A stretch of 57,201 bases of DNA, filler included, from Sphacelaria rigidula (Eukaryota): assembly GCA_964200075.2 (NCBI GenBank). It is 7 parts of 7 records of this genome, joined end to end, with 100 filler letters (N's around TTAATTAATTAA, not from the genome) between each part and the next. Parts side by side here need not be neighbours in the genome. Positions count along the whole stretch, not along the records: positions 1 to 8,087 come from CAXNAA020012352.1; positions 8,188 to 16,274 come from CAXNAA020012353.1; 5 more parts are not named here. One strand, given 5' to 3'. The notes beneath the pieces are model-generated. The model was not told the origin of the DNA. It ran no database searches and saw only the letters and a list, made by a program, of their open reading frames with translations. Of this stretch, positions 1-13,100 are shown one piece after another. Each line of letters opens with the position of its first letter. The first letter of the stretch is position 1. The position numbers were made by a program, and so were the translations under genes.

Positions 1-382
1 TGAAACTCGCCCCCCTCTCAGATCAGTACGTTAAGCGTTACCTCTATCAGCCCGCGCGCTCCACCACCGCCCGACTCCTCCTTGCACGAGGTCAGCGAAA
101 AAAGTATTTCCAACACATACCCGTTGCTGCCGTACCGAGTTTTGCGTTGGAGTCAGGCTACCAGCGTGAAGCTACATGAGTTGTTTTCGTGTGTGCTGTG
201 AAATACTATTATACAATCACGATATGTCTCTGATTTGAAACACGGCATGATTCTGGAAACACAAAATGGCCTATCATCGTCGTTACTAATACTTTGGAGG
301 GTGACGGATTCAGTCTTGGAGACTGACCAAGACGACTTTTCTCATAGACTTTTTTCAGTCTACAAGAAGCGGCCGTATGTGA

Positions 383-676
383 GGGCGCATCAGCCGGGGT
401 CACAGAGGAGGAAGGTCGACACAAGGGATTTTGTTTTCGTTTTATTACCCCCACCTTCCTCCTGGGGTGCTTGCTTTTGTTCTCGTCGCGAGAAGGGTTC
501 AGCGATCGAGCTCTTTCCCTCGCCGACTTTGAAGTCCCATTCTGTGTACCCACGACGAAGTCGCTCTCCACTACTGTTGGGCATGATGTGGGGAAAAAAA
601 TCTTACTGTAGATCGTGTCACTTTACCGAGATTCGAACCCACGTCCCAACAGTCAGAAGGTTTCGAGAGGTTACCG
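383..676 (-). mobile_element. tRNA-derived SINE, copy 1
   Basis: Minus strand reads GGTAACCTCTCGAAACCTTCTGACTGTTGGGACGTGGGTTCGAATCTC (Pol III B-box GGTTCGAATC). The body motif gggcgcatcagccggggtcaca is shared with copies at 7.4, 41.4, 46 and 53 kb. Confidence 0.8.
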
Positions 677-715
677 GAGGTACAGCAGTATCTCAAACTC
701 ACGGCTGCTGGTAAA

Positions 716-813
716 CCCTTGGACGGCGACAGTAGGTCATCTGTTCAATCGGCATCACCGTCACTTGGAAAGGGTATGCGCGATCCAGATGGACTACCCT
801 CGCCGTCTAAGGG
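716..813 (+). mobile_element. ~98-bp piggyBac-like MITE
   Basis: CCCT...AGGG termini. The 28-bp terminal inverted repeats match at 23/28. Flanks are TAAA and TGAA, each one substitution from a TTAA target site. Confidence 0.65.
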
Positions 814-1046
814 TGAAGTTGACAGTAGTCTGAGGGTTGAGTTGACAGTAAATTACTCTTGAATGTACCGGGAACCTCGAGTTTGAGATACCTCTACCAA
901 CTGAGACACCAGGGCGACCCGCTGCGCACATGGGAGAGGCCAAATCGCGACGATGGCGCGCAAAAAACACATGACATGGCAAAAACGCAATGAAGGGGTG
1001 TTGCGGCTGCAGAGTTTTCGTTTCACAGCACACCCGACGTAATTAT

Positions 1047-1145
1047 CCCCTCGAGCGCAAGCGCAGGTCATCTGAGTCATGCATACATTTTTCAAGTGAA
1101 ATTGGTGCCGATTCAATAGATGGCCCACCCGTGTGGTTTCGGCCC
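1047..1145 (-). mobile_element. Degenerate copy of the ~100-bp MITE
   Basis: catctgagtcatgcatacattttt-caagtgaaattggtgccgattcaatagatgg is the reverse complement of the core seen at 716-813 and 1782-1987. Confidence 0.55.
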
Positions 1146-1346
1146 CTCATTATTGTCTACACCGTTTTCTTAGATATCTAAAAAAAAATTAGAGTTTTCG
1201 GACTCTGCGCTCAGATTTGTCTGAGAACAAAGCGGCTTAATGTTTTCTCCGAAGCCTCATTTCTGGAGAAGTCCGAAAAATTCGAACTGCAAGCTGCCCT
1301 GTGAAAACGCCGTGGCGCTCGCAAGCATTCAACGGTCGGACGAAGT

Positions 1347-1600
1347 ATTGATTCATCTGGAAATCACTTGATTTTAGTGCAATTGATTCGTGCCGTACGA
1401 ATCAATCCCTAGGCTGTGTTTTCAGCGTTGCAAACCAGCTACGCGCAGTCAAGGCACGTGGAAGAGCGCGAAAACTGCGTGGAGACCTTTTTCGTCGGTG
1501 GTCAACATTTTTCCCTCTTTCAAGCAGTCAGGCCCAAGAAGTCATGGAATTGGTGATTCGAACCGGCGGCGATGATTCGTCCGAACCGTGTAATCATTCG
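1347..1600 (+). repeat. Dispersed repeat, probable non-autonomous DNA transposon
   Basis: attgattc...cgtacgaatcaatccctaggct.tgttttcagcgttgca...cacgtggaa...gcgtgga is shared with 12690-12870 (+), 24935-25181 (-) and 32530-32646 (-). Confidence 0.7.
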
Positions 1601-1781
1601 ACAATCGTGAGGTAGGTAGGTACCTTGAGAGTCCCGCCAATCTCGGAGATTCCGAAAAACAATGTCGACAATGCTAGGCTCGTACCAATTATGCTCTCAC
1701 CGAACTCTTCTATACCTGGATCGGAATGAAGAGCCTTACTAGCATAGTCGGCGAGAGGCTACTTGCCGTGAACGTGTTGAA

Positions 1782-2300
1782 CCCGAGGACGGCGAGAGTA
1801 GGTGATGTGTTGAATCGACATCAAGTTCGCTTGAAAGAGGTATGCATGATCCAGATGGAAGGCGCTCGTCACGGTCCAAGGGTAACCCTCGAACAGCCAG
1901 AGTAGGTCACCTGCTGAATCGACATCAATTTTCACTTGAGAAAAATGTCCGTGATCCAGATGGACTACCCGCACCGGGGTTTAGGGGGTTAGTTAGCCCT
2001 CAGACCGCGATGCTGGTAGCTCATCTGGATCATGCATACTGTTTTTTCAAGTGAATATTGACGCCGATTCAGCAGGTGGCCCACCTTCGAGGTCAAGGGA
2101 TTCACCCCCAGACTGCGGTGCGGGTAGTCCATCTGGATGACGCACACTTTTTTCAAGTAAAAATCGATGCCGATTCAGCAGGTGACCTACCCTCGCGGTC
2201 AAAGAGTTCACCCCTAGACCGCGAGGGCAGTTCATCTCGACCATGCATCCTTTTCTCAAGTGAAAATCGATGCCGATTCAGCAGTTGACCAACCCTCGCG
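1782..2300. repeat. Array of five ~100-bp MITE units (two forward, three reverse)
   Basis: Core cacctgctgaatcg.catc.attttcacttga...gatccagatgg occurs twice on + and three times on -. Junctions read GGG-TAA-CCC, GGG-ATTCA-CCC and GAG-TTCA-CCC. Confidence 0.75.
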
Positions 2301-4749
2301 TTAGCAAATGGTCAACACAACGTACAACGAATCACTCGAACATGCAATCATGAACGGATATGACAGCTGCACAATATATATATATATATAGTTGCGTTTT
2401 CCACCTTTCATGTCAACACGCACCAAACCTGTTCGCATGCACCGACACCCAAACAGCACACCTACGTGAGAACAGAGGTGAGAGGATCCAGCTCATAGCG
2501 CCTGCACCCAGTGCTTCAGTGTACATCTTATGAATAACTGCAAAAATGGACGACCACACCTTTGCAGCTGCAGACAGCAATCCAGCTGTGAGTTCAAACA
2601 TCTCGATCCTGGCCCAATTGTTGTTTTATATTGTCATTATCCACGGAGTGCGATGCAGGCACTGAGCATCGTCACAAAAGCGTGCACAGTCTTGCGCCAA
2701 GAGGGAAGACAAACAAACAAAAACTCAGATATACGCCGATGTCAGTACCACACTGAATGAATACCCGCATTTGGTCCGCATACGAAGATAATTGCACTTT
2801 TGAACGGATGATTTCATTGGGGATTACCACACCGTGGCCGGATTATCTGCCATGAAACTTGGCGCACTAGTCGGACGCAACACAGGCAGCATGCAGCATG
2901 TGCACCAAGCGGCGGTACGTTCGGACTGCGCACAAACCAGAACTCAGCGATCACCGATTTTGGGCGAAACCGCCCTCACCCGTAGCCCAGACTGTGTGCA
3001 CCGTGAGTGAAATCATATGCCCGCGCGCTGGTGCACAGACTTCCACATCATGAGCAGCTGAGCGGCCGCTGCGCTGGCAAACAAGCATCGATCTGTACTG
3101 GAATACCCTCTGGGTAATGACAGTATGAGCAAGAGAGCAGAAAAAAGCTGTGCGGCCGCTGCGCTGGCAAAACATTGATTTGTGCTGGGACGGCTCCTCT
3201 GAATAAGGACAGCATGTACTAAATTCATCGGCGTATCGCCCGTGGAGGTGCTGGTGCACACTTGGAGAGGCACCCATCTCGCCGAAGCTGGGACTGTGCG
3301 TTGCAGCGCTGCGCACCGGGGTGAAAAGATGTCCGATTTTGTTCCGAAAAAATGTTGTTTTGGCGCAAGACTGTGCAGTCCCACCGGCTCACGTCCACTC
3401 ACATTTGGTAGTCCACTAAAAAACACCACTATCTGCCTGCTGTAAAACACATCCGCGACTCCCGCCGGATTGTCAGGGCAGCAGCATCGTGACTTGACCA
3501 TGAGACGGCGACCCCCCCCGCCGGTAGACTGAGGTAAACACTCCACTTTTTGGGTTCAGAATACTTCCTTTGTCACAACTCAAAACGCCTACTCTACGGC
3601 GGAAGGGACCGGGAGTGCATAAGAGGCACATGGTTGTGAGCGTCATGACGCAGACGGTGATGTGGTTGTCGACCATGTGATTTTTGAGCCTCATATTTTT
3701 GCTGTGTAATCTGTAGTGTATCGTGCCGCGGCTGCACGTGCGGTCTGGTCTGCAGCGTACTGGATCTTACAGAGTTGAACGTGCCGAGTGTTTACAGCGT
3801 GCGTAGGGGTACCGCACCATGACTTCCACCGCGAACGATCCTGACTACCGTAAATCAATTGCCCGGCGATGGCGGTCGCCTCACCGTCGAAGTCCTTGTC
3901 TACATCTACGTGCGTAGGATACTCGTGGCCGCCGCAGGCGTGTTGCACCATGACGTTTTATGCCAGATGGAGGTATGGAGCTAGTAAGACGCTCATGCAG
4001 TACTAATCAGACACAGTGTTCCGAAGATGCTCAAATACCTTCCTTTTGGTTATATGATTTATGGTTGATTTGGCATGATAGAAATGAGATCTGAGGGTAG
4101 ACGGCGAATGTGTCTACCAGCTGTGTACCTTTGCCTGAACAAAACTGCTCATTTCGACGACCGTGATTGGTCAGAATGGTCATCCCGCGCCACTCGGGCC
4201 TCGTACACGGCTCATAATTTTCCACGAGAAACTTCCAAACGCACATGGTTGACTCGGTGAGCTTCTCCGATGCTCCACGGAGTACCCGAGACAAGACACA
4301 ACTGGAACACTCGCTGCAAAAAAACGAAGAAACAGAAAATATGGAACAGAACAACATAGTAGACTAAGACATGGAAAAAAAATGGACGACCTTTTCCACA
4401 TGGCCTCGGCGGAAAAGCTGTTGCGCAGAACCACACTCATACCCAGGCGTGGGTTGGGGTGAGGATTGAGCTTGTGTGCGGATTATATCAGCCATGGCAG
4501 TTCAACCGCAAGCTCCCCTAAACACCCTGCCCTGCGTTGACCGGTCGGTCTCCGTCCTCCTGATTTATTTGGCACCGCACAGGCCTTCCAACCGGAGCCA
4601 TGTAGCGGAGGCCGGCCGTCTGTCTATCTGTATTTGTTTTCTTTCCTTTTCTTACTATACTCTGTTGGTCGCGTCCACCTTTTCTGTTTTTGTTTTCTTC
4701 ACTATCTTGAGTGAGTGTTTCAGTTCTCGCGTACGTCTTATCGTGTGGA

Positions 4750-4833
4750 TAATGACCACCACGACTGGATCCTGACTACCTGAGGGATCAGCAAAAGTGC
4801 GACAACCAATCAACCAATCAAATCAATCAAATA
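4750..4833 (+). mobile_element. LINE 3' terminal fragment with (AATC)n-like tail
   Basis: accacgactggatc.tgactacctg.ggg.tca..aaaa.tgcgacaa..aatcaa..aatcaa is shared with 42625-42700, which is contiguous with sequence matching the RTE LINE 3' region. Confidence 0.6.
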
Positions 4834-7271
4834 ACCGCCTGTCGAGCCTCCAGGCCTCGAAGAATCGACGGAATGACTTCTAGCAAATTCGGGAAAAACA
4901 AACAAACATTTAATTCCTTGTGCTTGGACTCTGCGATCGCCCGCCCGCCCCCCCCTCCCCCCCCCTTCTCCCATGCATGATCATGAGTACACCTCCCTTC
5001 TCCCCGACTTGTTTTTGTATCTCCATAATAGCTTTCATAAGGACGGGTGCCGATGAAAATTTTCAAAATATTTTCGCCTTCCTTTGAAACCATTTTCTCC
5101 CAAGGCTTTCTGTTCCGAGAATCGGACCTGACGATCTTGGGGACATTTGGAGTTTGGCGCGTGTAGGTGTTGACGGTTGTGTTGTGGTTCCGGGACGTCA
5201 AGAACAGACAGAAACTGATACTTTCCGTTTGAGAGCGGGCGGATGGGGTTTTTTCGGGCTGTCTGCATCACACAGGACAGCACTCGCAGCTGTACCTGTC
5301 GAAGGTCCCTCTAGCACAGAGGCCGCAGCTGCAATACCCTCGTATCTTGCGGAGATTGCTGTACTGAACTGTACCGACATTGAACATGAGCACGTGCCTG
5401 GCAAGGACCCAGCCGGCCCAGACCCCCTAATCTCTATGTGGGCGTTTTGTCTCCATCAGAACCATGCAGGACTGATATTATTACGCGAACGTTCCGTTCT
5501 AACCACGTGGTGATATCTATTTATTTGAAATATGCTATACCATGTGTATCTTGACCCTTTCCGAACCGTTGATGGAAAATTGACGATTTACATTTGACTT
5601 TTTTTCCGGGCAAGTAATGGTTGTTTTTTTACAGCCTTTGAGCAAACTATTTGCACAAAGCTTGTTTTCCACATCCGTGCGAATGGAACGTGGAAGAAAG
5701 GAAGGTCCTCTATTTTACGGGTACGACGAAATGTTAAACCCGTCGGTGTTTTCTAACCCCCGCCAGAGTGCACGGCTGACCTTTCGTGAAGCGTGCTGCA
5801 GTAGATGCTTCGTGCCGCATCATGGCAAGCCTGCAGCCTAAGCTGCAATAACGAAGGCGACGCCGACGGCACATTTACCTCAGCTATGCCCCCGTCTACT
5901 GTCGGTATTCGGAGACCGTCACCGCGAGGCCCTGTGAGGATGTGTTCACCTACTCCTCTGTACTGCGTGTGATCGTGATATTTTTTCAGCTTATTCCAAG
6001 TGTAAACTCTTGTCGTGCACGTTGTTGTACTCCGTCGTCCGCGTTAATACGGCACCCCACTGCAGTTTGATCATTCCTTAACGGCGACGAGGATGCCATG
6101 TACCCCGCCGTTATACGTACTCCTGGTGCGGCGTGGGCGGGGGGTGTTACTTCGGCATATCCGATACATGCTGTCACTTGGTAGGCTGTGATCTTACCGC
6201 ATATCTCATCCTGCGCTATGTGCTGTACGTTTCCACGAAACCACCTCTACAGTGCGGGTTGATCATGCCTGAACGTTGCAGAGCCCCACTTTGTGCTGCG
6301 CGAGGTGTATTATTCCGGCTTGCGCTATCGCGTTCGGACCGTCTGTCCTCGTGGGCGGTGTTGGGGTTTTACGCAATGATATTTCACACCTCATGTCTTG
6401 CAAGAACACCGTGACATCGTCACAGGTTTTATTCAGTTATACTGTACTGTCGTGAAGGGTGACTTGTGTTTACTGACTGTAGTTCTAGTTGGGTTGGGCT
6501 CGTTGCGAAAGGCTGTCCCGGTCGGTTGTTGACCGTTTGCCAGTATGTTGCCTGTCTGGACGCTGGCTATCACGTCCGCCTGATGTCTTCCACATAATCC
6601 TGTGTGCCTCGTAGCGTTTTCTCTTGCTGCGGTTACTGTGCTGGCGTTCGGTAAGCGAGCGGGGGGGGCGGTGTGCGCCGGGGGGCAATGGGCTGCCCCA
6701 ACGCCAGGCAGCATCCTGGCCGTACGTCTCAGTCACCTCTTGCAGCTAAACGTGAAGTGCAGATGGGTCGCTCTTGAGCGCTTCCACATGTGGCGACAGG
6801 ATTTTTACTTGCTCCGCCATATCTCATTGTCGCCGTATAGAGGGGCTTCCTACGATCGGTGGCTCTTGATGATGCAGCCCAGCAAAACGGTGCTCGACTG
6901 TGTGTTAAAGTATCCTAGTGTGACATCATTCGCGCACCGAACTCGAAGTGAGATATTTCACAGATTCCCAGTGACATGAATTAATCTTATATATGGGAGT
7001 TTGTACCGTTTCGCGAGAGATTGGTTGATGCATACAATTGGACACACTTCGTCCGTCGCGTGCGTGATATCAGACGACAAACCCAACCCGACCGCTCCGG
7101 GGTTTCATTTGCGGTACACCCATGACGTATGCTTCTGGAGTCTCCTTTGGTCCTCCACAGTACACGTGCTTGCCGTCGGTCTTTTTTGTTTCCATATTGT
7201 CTTCTTTGTCGCAAGTTGAAATAATGACATGTCTGACCCGCAGACGGGAGAGGAGGGTTCCCAAAGGGTCA

Positions 7272-7350
7272 ACCCTTGGACAACCAGAGTAGGTCGGTCA
7301 TCTGTTGATTCGGCACCAATTTCACTTGAATAACGTACGTATTATGAGTC
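7272..7350 (+). mobile_element. Partial ~100-bp MITE copy
   Basis: aagggtcaacccttggacaaccagagtaggtc...catctgttgattcggcaccaatttcacttgaa matches the left TIR and core of 716-813. Confidence 0.55.
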
Positions 7351-7400
7351 ATGCTACGATAGGGGGGATGAATATTTCGGGCCATTTCTTCCGCGAAATT

Positions 7401-7675
7401 CTCACACAATGCCCAACAGTTGGGAGCAACTATGTCGTGGATGCACAAAATTTGACCTGATGGCCGACGAGGGAAAGGGAGTGCTAAACCCCTCTATCGA
7501 TAATGAAGAAAAGGCAAGCACCGCAGAAGGATGATGGAGAAGTATAACAAATAGAATGAAAAAAATCCTGTGTTGGCCTTCCTCCTGTGTGACCCCGACT
7601 GGTGCGCCCACATGTATACCGAAAGGTGTAGACTGGCGTCCAGAATAGATGGGATGACAAACACACACAACACTC
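7401..7675 (+). mobile_element. tRNA-derived SINE, 5'-truncated copy
   Basis: gacgagggaaaggga...gcaagcaccgcagaagga...ccttcctcctgtgtgaccccgactggtgcgcccacat...tccagaatagatggga followed by a CA-rich tail. Confidence 0.75.
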
Positions 7676-8087
7676 TGTATTGCACTGTCTCGATATAAAA
7701 ATCTCACACACGAAGGGTCCGCTGCCTGGATGCATCAAATCACGGTGTACATTCACGCCGAGGACAGTGTACCCGTAGGATGATGGGGTCACAAAATTCA
7801 CCGATACTTTGCTATTCGCTGACGTAAAAGCACCGAGGTGCATCATTTCTGTTTGGGCTTTTGCTCCCGCCACCCCTTCCTCAGGACTGATTATTAGCGT
7901 CGGGGAATCAACCTATCTCTCCCCCGAAATGTACGTACTCCCTTGAGCTTTGTTGCACAGCGTTGGACCAGCACTCATGCAGCATGTCCCCTTTTCATTC
8001 ACACGCAAAATATTCAAATATTAACCCTTTTGGGACCGGGCCTCCAGAACGACCAATGAGGCTGGTGAGGAATGACGTGTCTGGCAT

Positions 8088-8187
8088 NNNNNNNNNNNNN
8101 NNNNNNNNNNNNNNNNNNNNNNNNNNNNNNNTTAATTAATTAANNNNNNNNNNNNNNNNNNNNNNNNNNNNNNNNNNNNNNNNNNNN
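8088..8187. other. Artificial contig-joining spacer (44N-TTAATTAATTAA-44N)
   Basis: 100-bp pad with stop codons in all six frames. It recurs at 16275-16374, 24461-24560, 32647-32746, 40832-40931 and 49017-49116, separating segments of non-increasing length. Confidence 0.97.
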
Positions 8188-9334
8188 CCGTGCAAGAGAG
8201 ATATGCCACTTCAACCCCATATTTTGCACGAACCCCAAAATTTAAAATCGGCTGTTGGATGCAGAGTGGATGGTCTAGCGTTCCTTACAGGCATTTTTGT
8301 TTTTTTGCTTGAGCACACGTTTTGTGCATGCAGCTACCGTACAGTACCCCATGAGAGGAATTCGGCGGTCTGGTCGGTGAGATACCGCACAAAGCATTTT
8401 TACGCCTGGGGGGGGCATTTCGGAACTGAAACAGACGGTCTTCCTGAAATTCCAGCTCAGGAAGACTCGTCGAATTGGGCCGTGCGTTCAACAATTTTCG
8501 TGACGCTGCTGCACCCCTATGAATGAAGTGATGGGAGACTCCAATTATGGAGGTCATGAGTTCGAATCCCGACATACTCTATTTTTTTTCGTCCGTCGTT
8601 AACGTTATACATTATGCAGTTTTGTTTTGTTTTTTCACTCAGCGGAGGTGCCGTGTATCACCAGGTTGGTCTACACTTCACGGTGATATGCTTACATCGG
8701 GTTCATTCGGGAAACCGGGGAAGCTGTGGTGTAAGCAGCTTTTACAGTAGCAGCTTTTAAGCTGGCCCAGCTCGCATGGCAGTCGAGGGAGTGCTATCAG
8801 TACAACGCACCTACCTGGTGAGAGTGTGGGACTCGTGCACGCGGATACCGCCGACGCAGCGAGTAACCTTGCACGCCGCGCGGACGTCAAGATATCCCAT
8901 CGTCCCATCATCGCTGATATCATACATGGCAGAATCGCCGTCACATTCCTCCTGGCGAATATTTGGGCGCGTGCTGTCCTTGAACTAATAATAATATAAT
9001 CGATGGACACACGAGGTGTTTTGCCTTTGTTACCCTCTATCGGTACACGACGTTTTCTCTTTTTTTTTCACACCCTCAACCAACCCCCCTCCTCGGGATG
9101 AGCCCGTGGTCTCAAGGGATCAATCAACCTATTATTTCTCTCCTCACGTCCTCACATTTTCGGCGGTGGAAATCTTAGATATTGAAGGGAAACACAAGAA
9201 TCAAGCCCAGTTTTCACCGTGATGGTGACAGTCCAACCATTGGGGCCCGTTTTCGCCCTATACTGAACCCAGCATATTTTCGATTCACTGCCTTTTTCTT
9301 CGTCATCATAATGAACATAATCAGGTACATTGAG

Positions 9335-9609
9335 AGCTGACACTTTCTACGATAGCCCCCCCTCCCCCCCCTCCCGATGTACCTTGTTTGGAGAGGCAAG
9401 ATCTTTACATGAATCGAAATGGAAAAAGCCGAGCACAACGAGCAGCTGGGAATTCCCACGCTTGGGTTCGTTCTCGTCAATATTGCCCACATTAGGCGCT
9501 TCATGCAGCCTGAATCCAAACATCAGGCGCCGTAAGTCCATTTTTTCTCGTGACACTCTCGGGCTGGTCGGGGGGGGGAGGGGGGGGGCTATCGTAGAAG
9601 GTGTCAGCT
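9335..9609. mobile_element. MITE with ~35-bp terminal inverted repeats
   Basis: agctgacactttctacgatagcccccc(tccccccc) at the left end and (ggggggggaggggg)gggctatcgtagaaggtgtcagct at the right end. Confidence 0.7.
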
Positions 9610-10114
9610 GTAGAAGCACACGCGCGTGGCGATATCGAGCCGCTACCGACCAGGGTTCGAAACTGAAGAATGGAAAATGACATTTTTCGAATTTGTACAT
9701 GAAGCATATCTCCTGCTCCAGGTTGTAGTGTATCCATCGCTATCTCATGTGCTGAGGTGGAGAGAGAAACGTGAGACCTCTTGGATAATATCTTGATGAA
9801 TATTCTCGAGGGTTGAGCGCCAGGATATTCATTCTCATGAGCATTAGTCACCCTGCTGATTCCATCGTGTCCTTTTCCTTTGAGTATGTTAAACAACGTG
9901 ACACTAGCCAGGAGCAACATCGTTGTCTTTGCAGCGTCCCGCATCCCACACACAACCGCGACTCATCAATATTCCAGCACAGCCTTGCAACCAAGACAGA
10001 GCACAATATCCTGCCCAGCGCAGAAGTGACACGGTTCACCCCGAGGTATGGCGACCCCCGACATGATCATCCACGGCCGGAAGCAGTTCAATTTAGGGCT
10101 GTTCGACAATCCAG

Positions 10115-13100
10115 GAAGCATGCAAGGCAGCAAGCTGCGGCTCACAGAAAGCGAGGAAAAGGTGGGTCTACTGTTCAGCTTTCTAGCACCGATCCTGCTG
10201 TACGGGGGCAACATTCGGTTGGACGAAACAAGGGGGGTGGTGTATTAGCTCATGCATTCGTTTTGCGTTTGTATGTGGCCGCGAACGTCGATAGGCGGTA
10301 TGAATGCGTGTGCGTATGTTTAGTGTTGACACCATCAACATGTCAATGGTCAATGGACCTTGAAACTTGCTGCTTCGCAGCGACACTCCAACCCCTCGTG
10401 CAACGGTTGTCTCAAAAAACCCGGTGCCCTGATCGTAGGACCATTCCTATTTCTCAGAAAGCATCCACCTGTTGTGCATGTACATACTGTCTGTGGCTCA
10501 CGAGTCAAATATCGTGCATGTGATGTTGAAGCCTTTGACCGCCGGCTTGGGTCATGTGTTGAATCGGAAGTATCGTCGCTTGAAAAATGTCTGCAAGATC
10601 TACAGTACGTGCCCCACGGTCGTTAGCTCGTGTCAAATGGAGGACCCTACAATACTACACCTACCCATTCCCCCGACCCTTTTATCCGCGTGGCTTTCTA
10701 TACCATGCAGGCGACGCTCGCCTCATATCTTAACAAGCATCTGGGGGGAGACGAATCCCTTCAGCACTTGCTCCCCGTGGATGTTAAGGGCGCCAACGTG
10801 TTCGAAAAGTTCAGCGACGGTCTCCTCCTATGTAGACTGGTGTGCTTGGCATTTCCCGGCTCGATAGGTAATCCACGTACAACAACGTTTTCGTGAGATT
10901 GAGAGTAGAGCGCTGATTGAGAGTGGCTTTGATCACTCGCTTTAACCTAGCCAATTTTTCATTCCGTGTGGGCTTTTCTTTTCCTTCATCACTTGCGTGA
11001 GCTCACAGCTACACGTCGATATCCTACTCAGGAATATTAGTAGCCTCAGTGGCAAGCTACTTCAAAAAGCATATTGGGCCTCGTGGGAGGGCATTTCGGA
11101 ACTGAAACGATTCATTCACTAATTGACCGCATTCCAATCTCAGTCGTATCCTCTACTCTCAATTTCACGGAAACAATGTTGTACCTGCCGTAAATGCCAT
11201 ATCTCTGCTTGTGTACCTCTGTTTGTCTGTAGCCTCCCTTTACCCCTGCCTACCTCGCTGTACAGTGTATATCACCCCCTCCACTCTGAGCTGTACCCCG
11301 CGCTCGTCGGTTATCTGGTGGATTGCGGAGCCCGCATCGGCCGAAGTTGCGTCGTGGAGAGAGCTGGCTGATATACGATACTTCTTTGTCGTCAACTTTG
11401 CTCGCCTCGGTGGTCTGACTAATAAAACTGAACCCACTTACTGTAAGACGGAATGTCAGGTTCGAATGTCGGCAGATATGGGTTTACGATACTTTTCCTA
11501 CGAAGCATCTAATTTCCACTCGTTGTAGACGTGGAGGGATGTGAGCAATAGAGAATGAAAGTTCAGTCGGCGAGAGTCTGCGCGATGCAGAAGTGCTGAT
11601 CCAATCCGCGATGCAGGGTTGTAAGGCGCGTAAGGGGGGCGAGGTGGTGTTTTGGTTGATCCCTTGACACGCCGGACAGGGATGAGGAAGGGAAGGGGTT
11701 GAAAGTATGAATAACAAGAAAATTCAAATACACGGAGTATTTCTGTCTGTGAATGACGCCGCGGTAACGCCCCCCCGCCCCCCCCCCCCCCCCTCCCAGG
11801 ACAGTGGAATGGGAACCGAGGCATAATCTACACGTGAGGTGGTTGGACCTGGTTTCCGAAATCGCCTGTATTTACAATCTTCAAGACCTCGTTTCTGGAA
11901 CCGACTATACATGCACCCTTGAAAAAAATGTCAAGGCTCGGTTTCTGCAACCAGCCATCATCTCAACGCGCTGTATGTATGGCCATTTCTTCGTGACAGT
12001 TTTTTCCCGCCTTGTGTGGGAGGCTATCATCACTCTTGCGCAAGGCCTTTAATTCATGTAGAGTCGAGGCCCTAAGGGTTTAGAACACTGAGTAACGTCC
12101 GGTTATCATGTATACCGTACTGTACTACGGGGCCTGGATGGCTGTGGCGCCCCGGTGGTTAGTCTCAGCAGTGGGTGTATCAACTAGCTTGTAAGTATGT
12201 CGTGGGTGCGGATCTTGTACAGTAATATTCTGATATTTTGTGCAAGCTCCATTTTCGTGAAAACGTGAGAGCATGAGTGAGCTATGAAACAGGCATCGAC
12301 AGAAGTCCAGCAGCTGGGGGAGTGTTATTCCGATGTTCTGTAGTATAGTAATATTTTCAGCGAAGCATGTCAGCTTGGAAGAGATGGCTTGATTCCTCAG
12401 ACTTCCGTATGAGCTTAACCTACCGAAGCGTCGGGAGGAATCAGAATCATGACAAAACGTGAAGAACTACACAAGTTCATGTGGAGAGTACCGATAACAA
12501 GTTGCATACTGCTTGTCAAAATGATGTTGGGTGTTTTTGGTTCTGCTGCATCTCCATTTTATCTCCATATTCTGGATTGTGGCCAGTTCCATATCAATCT
12601 TCTGATATTCATTCCAAGGGAATCGGACGGATATGGAGTCGTCTGGAAATTTCTTGATTTTACTGTCATTGATTATCATCCTGCGAGATCAATCTTTAGG
12701 CTTTGTTTGAAGCGTTGCACTCGAGGTGCGCGCACCCCAGGCACGTAGATTGGCGCAAAATTTGCGTGGGGTCGTTCATGACCCGCGGTTCATTTTTTGC
12801 CCTCGTTCGAGCCATCAGGCCTCACAAAATCGCAGATTTGGCGGTTCGAACGGGCGATGATTCGTCCGACGCTTGCTTGATTCACCCCCCTTGTTCTTCA
12901 TGCTCCTTGTGTTATTTTTCTCCTCGTTCCGCCTATTTCTCCTTCGCTCTTGTGGTTCACCCCAAGCAGCTGATTCTAAGCTGAACGTTCCGTTGAGATC
13001 CAAGGCGGCCGGGATGTACAAGGCCACCGAAAACCTTAACGCCGCACTCACGGCGGCCGAGGCAGCAGGGCTTCGAGTAGTTAACATCGGAGCCGCTGAT

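Noticed and set aside
1782..2300. Regularly spaced repeats as a CRISPR array
   Set aside because: Whole units are homologous with no unique spacers, orientation flips mid-array, there are no cas genes and the context is eukaryotic.
8132..8143. TTAATTAATTAA as a biological motif or piggyBac target
   Set aside because: It is a synthetic six-frame stop linker centred in every N spacer.
8525..8590. tRNA-like sequence with GTTCGAATCCC
   Set aside because: Only a B-box is visible, with no cloverleaf. It may be another SINE remnant but cannot be supported.
9813..10523. 236-aa ORF
   Set aside because: No recognisable domain. It overlaps a real exon in another frame plus intron sequence.
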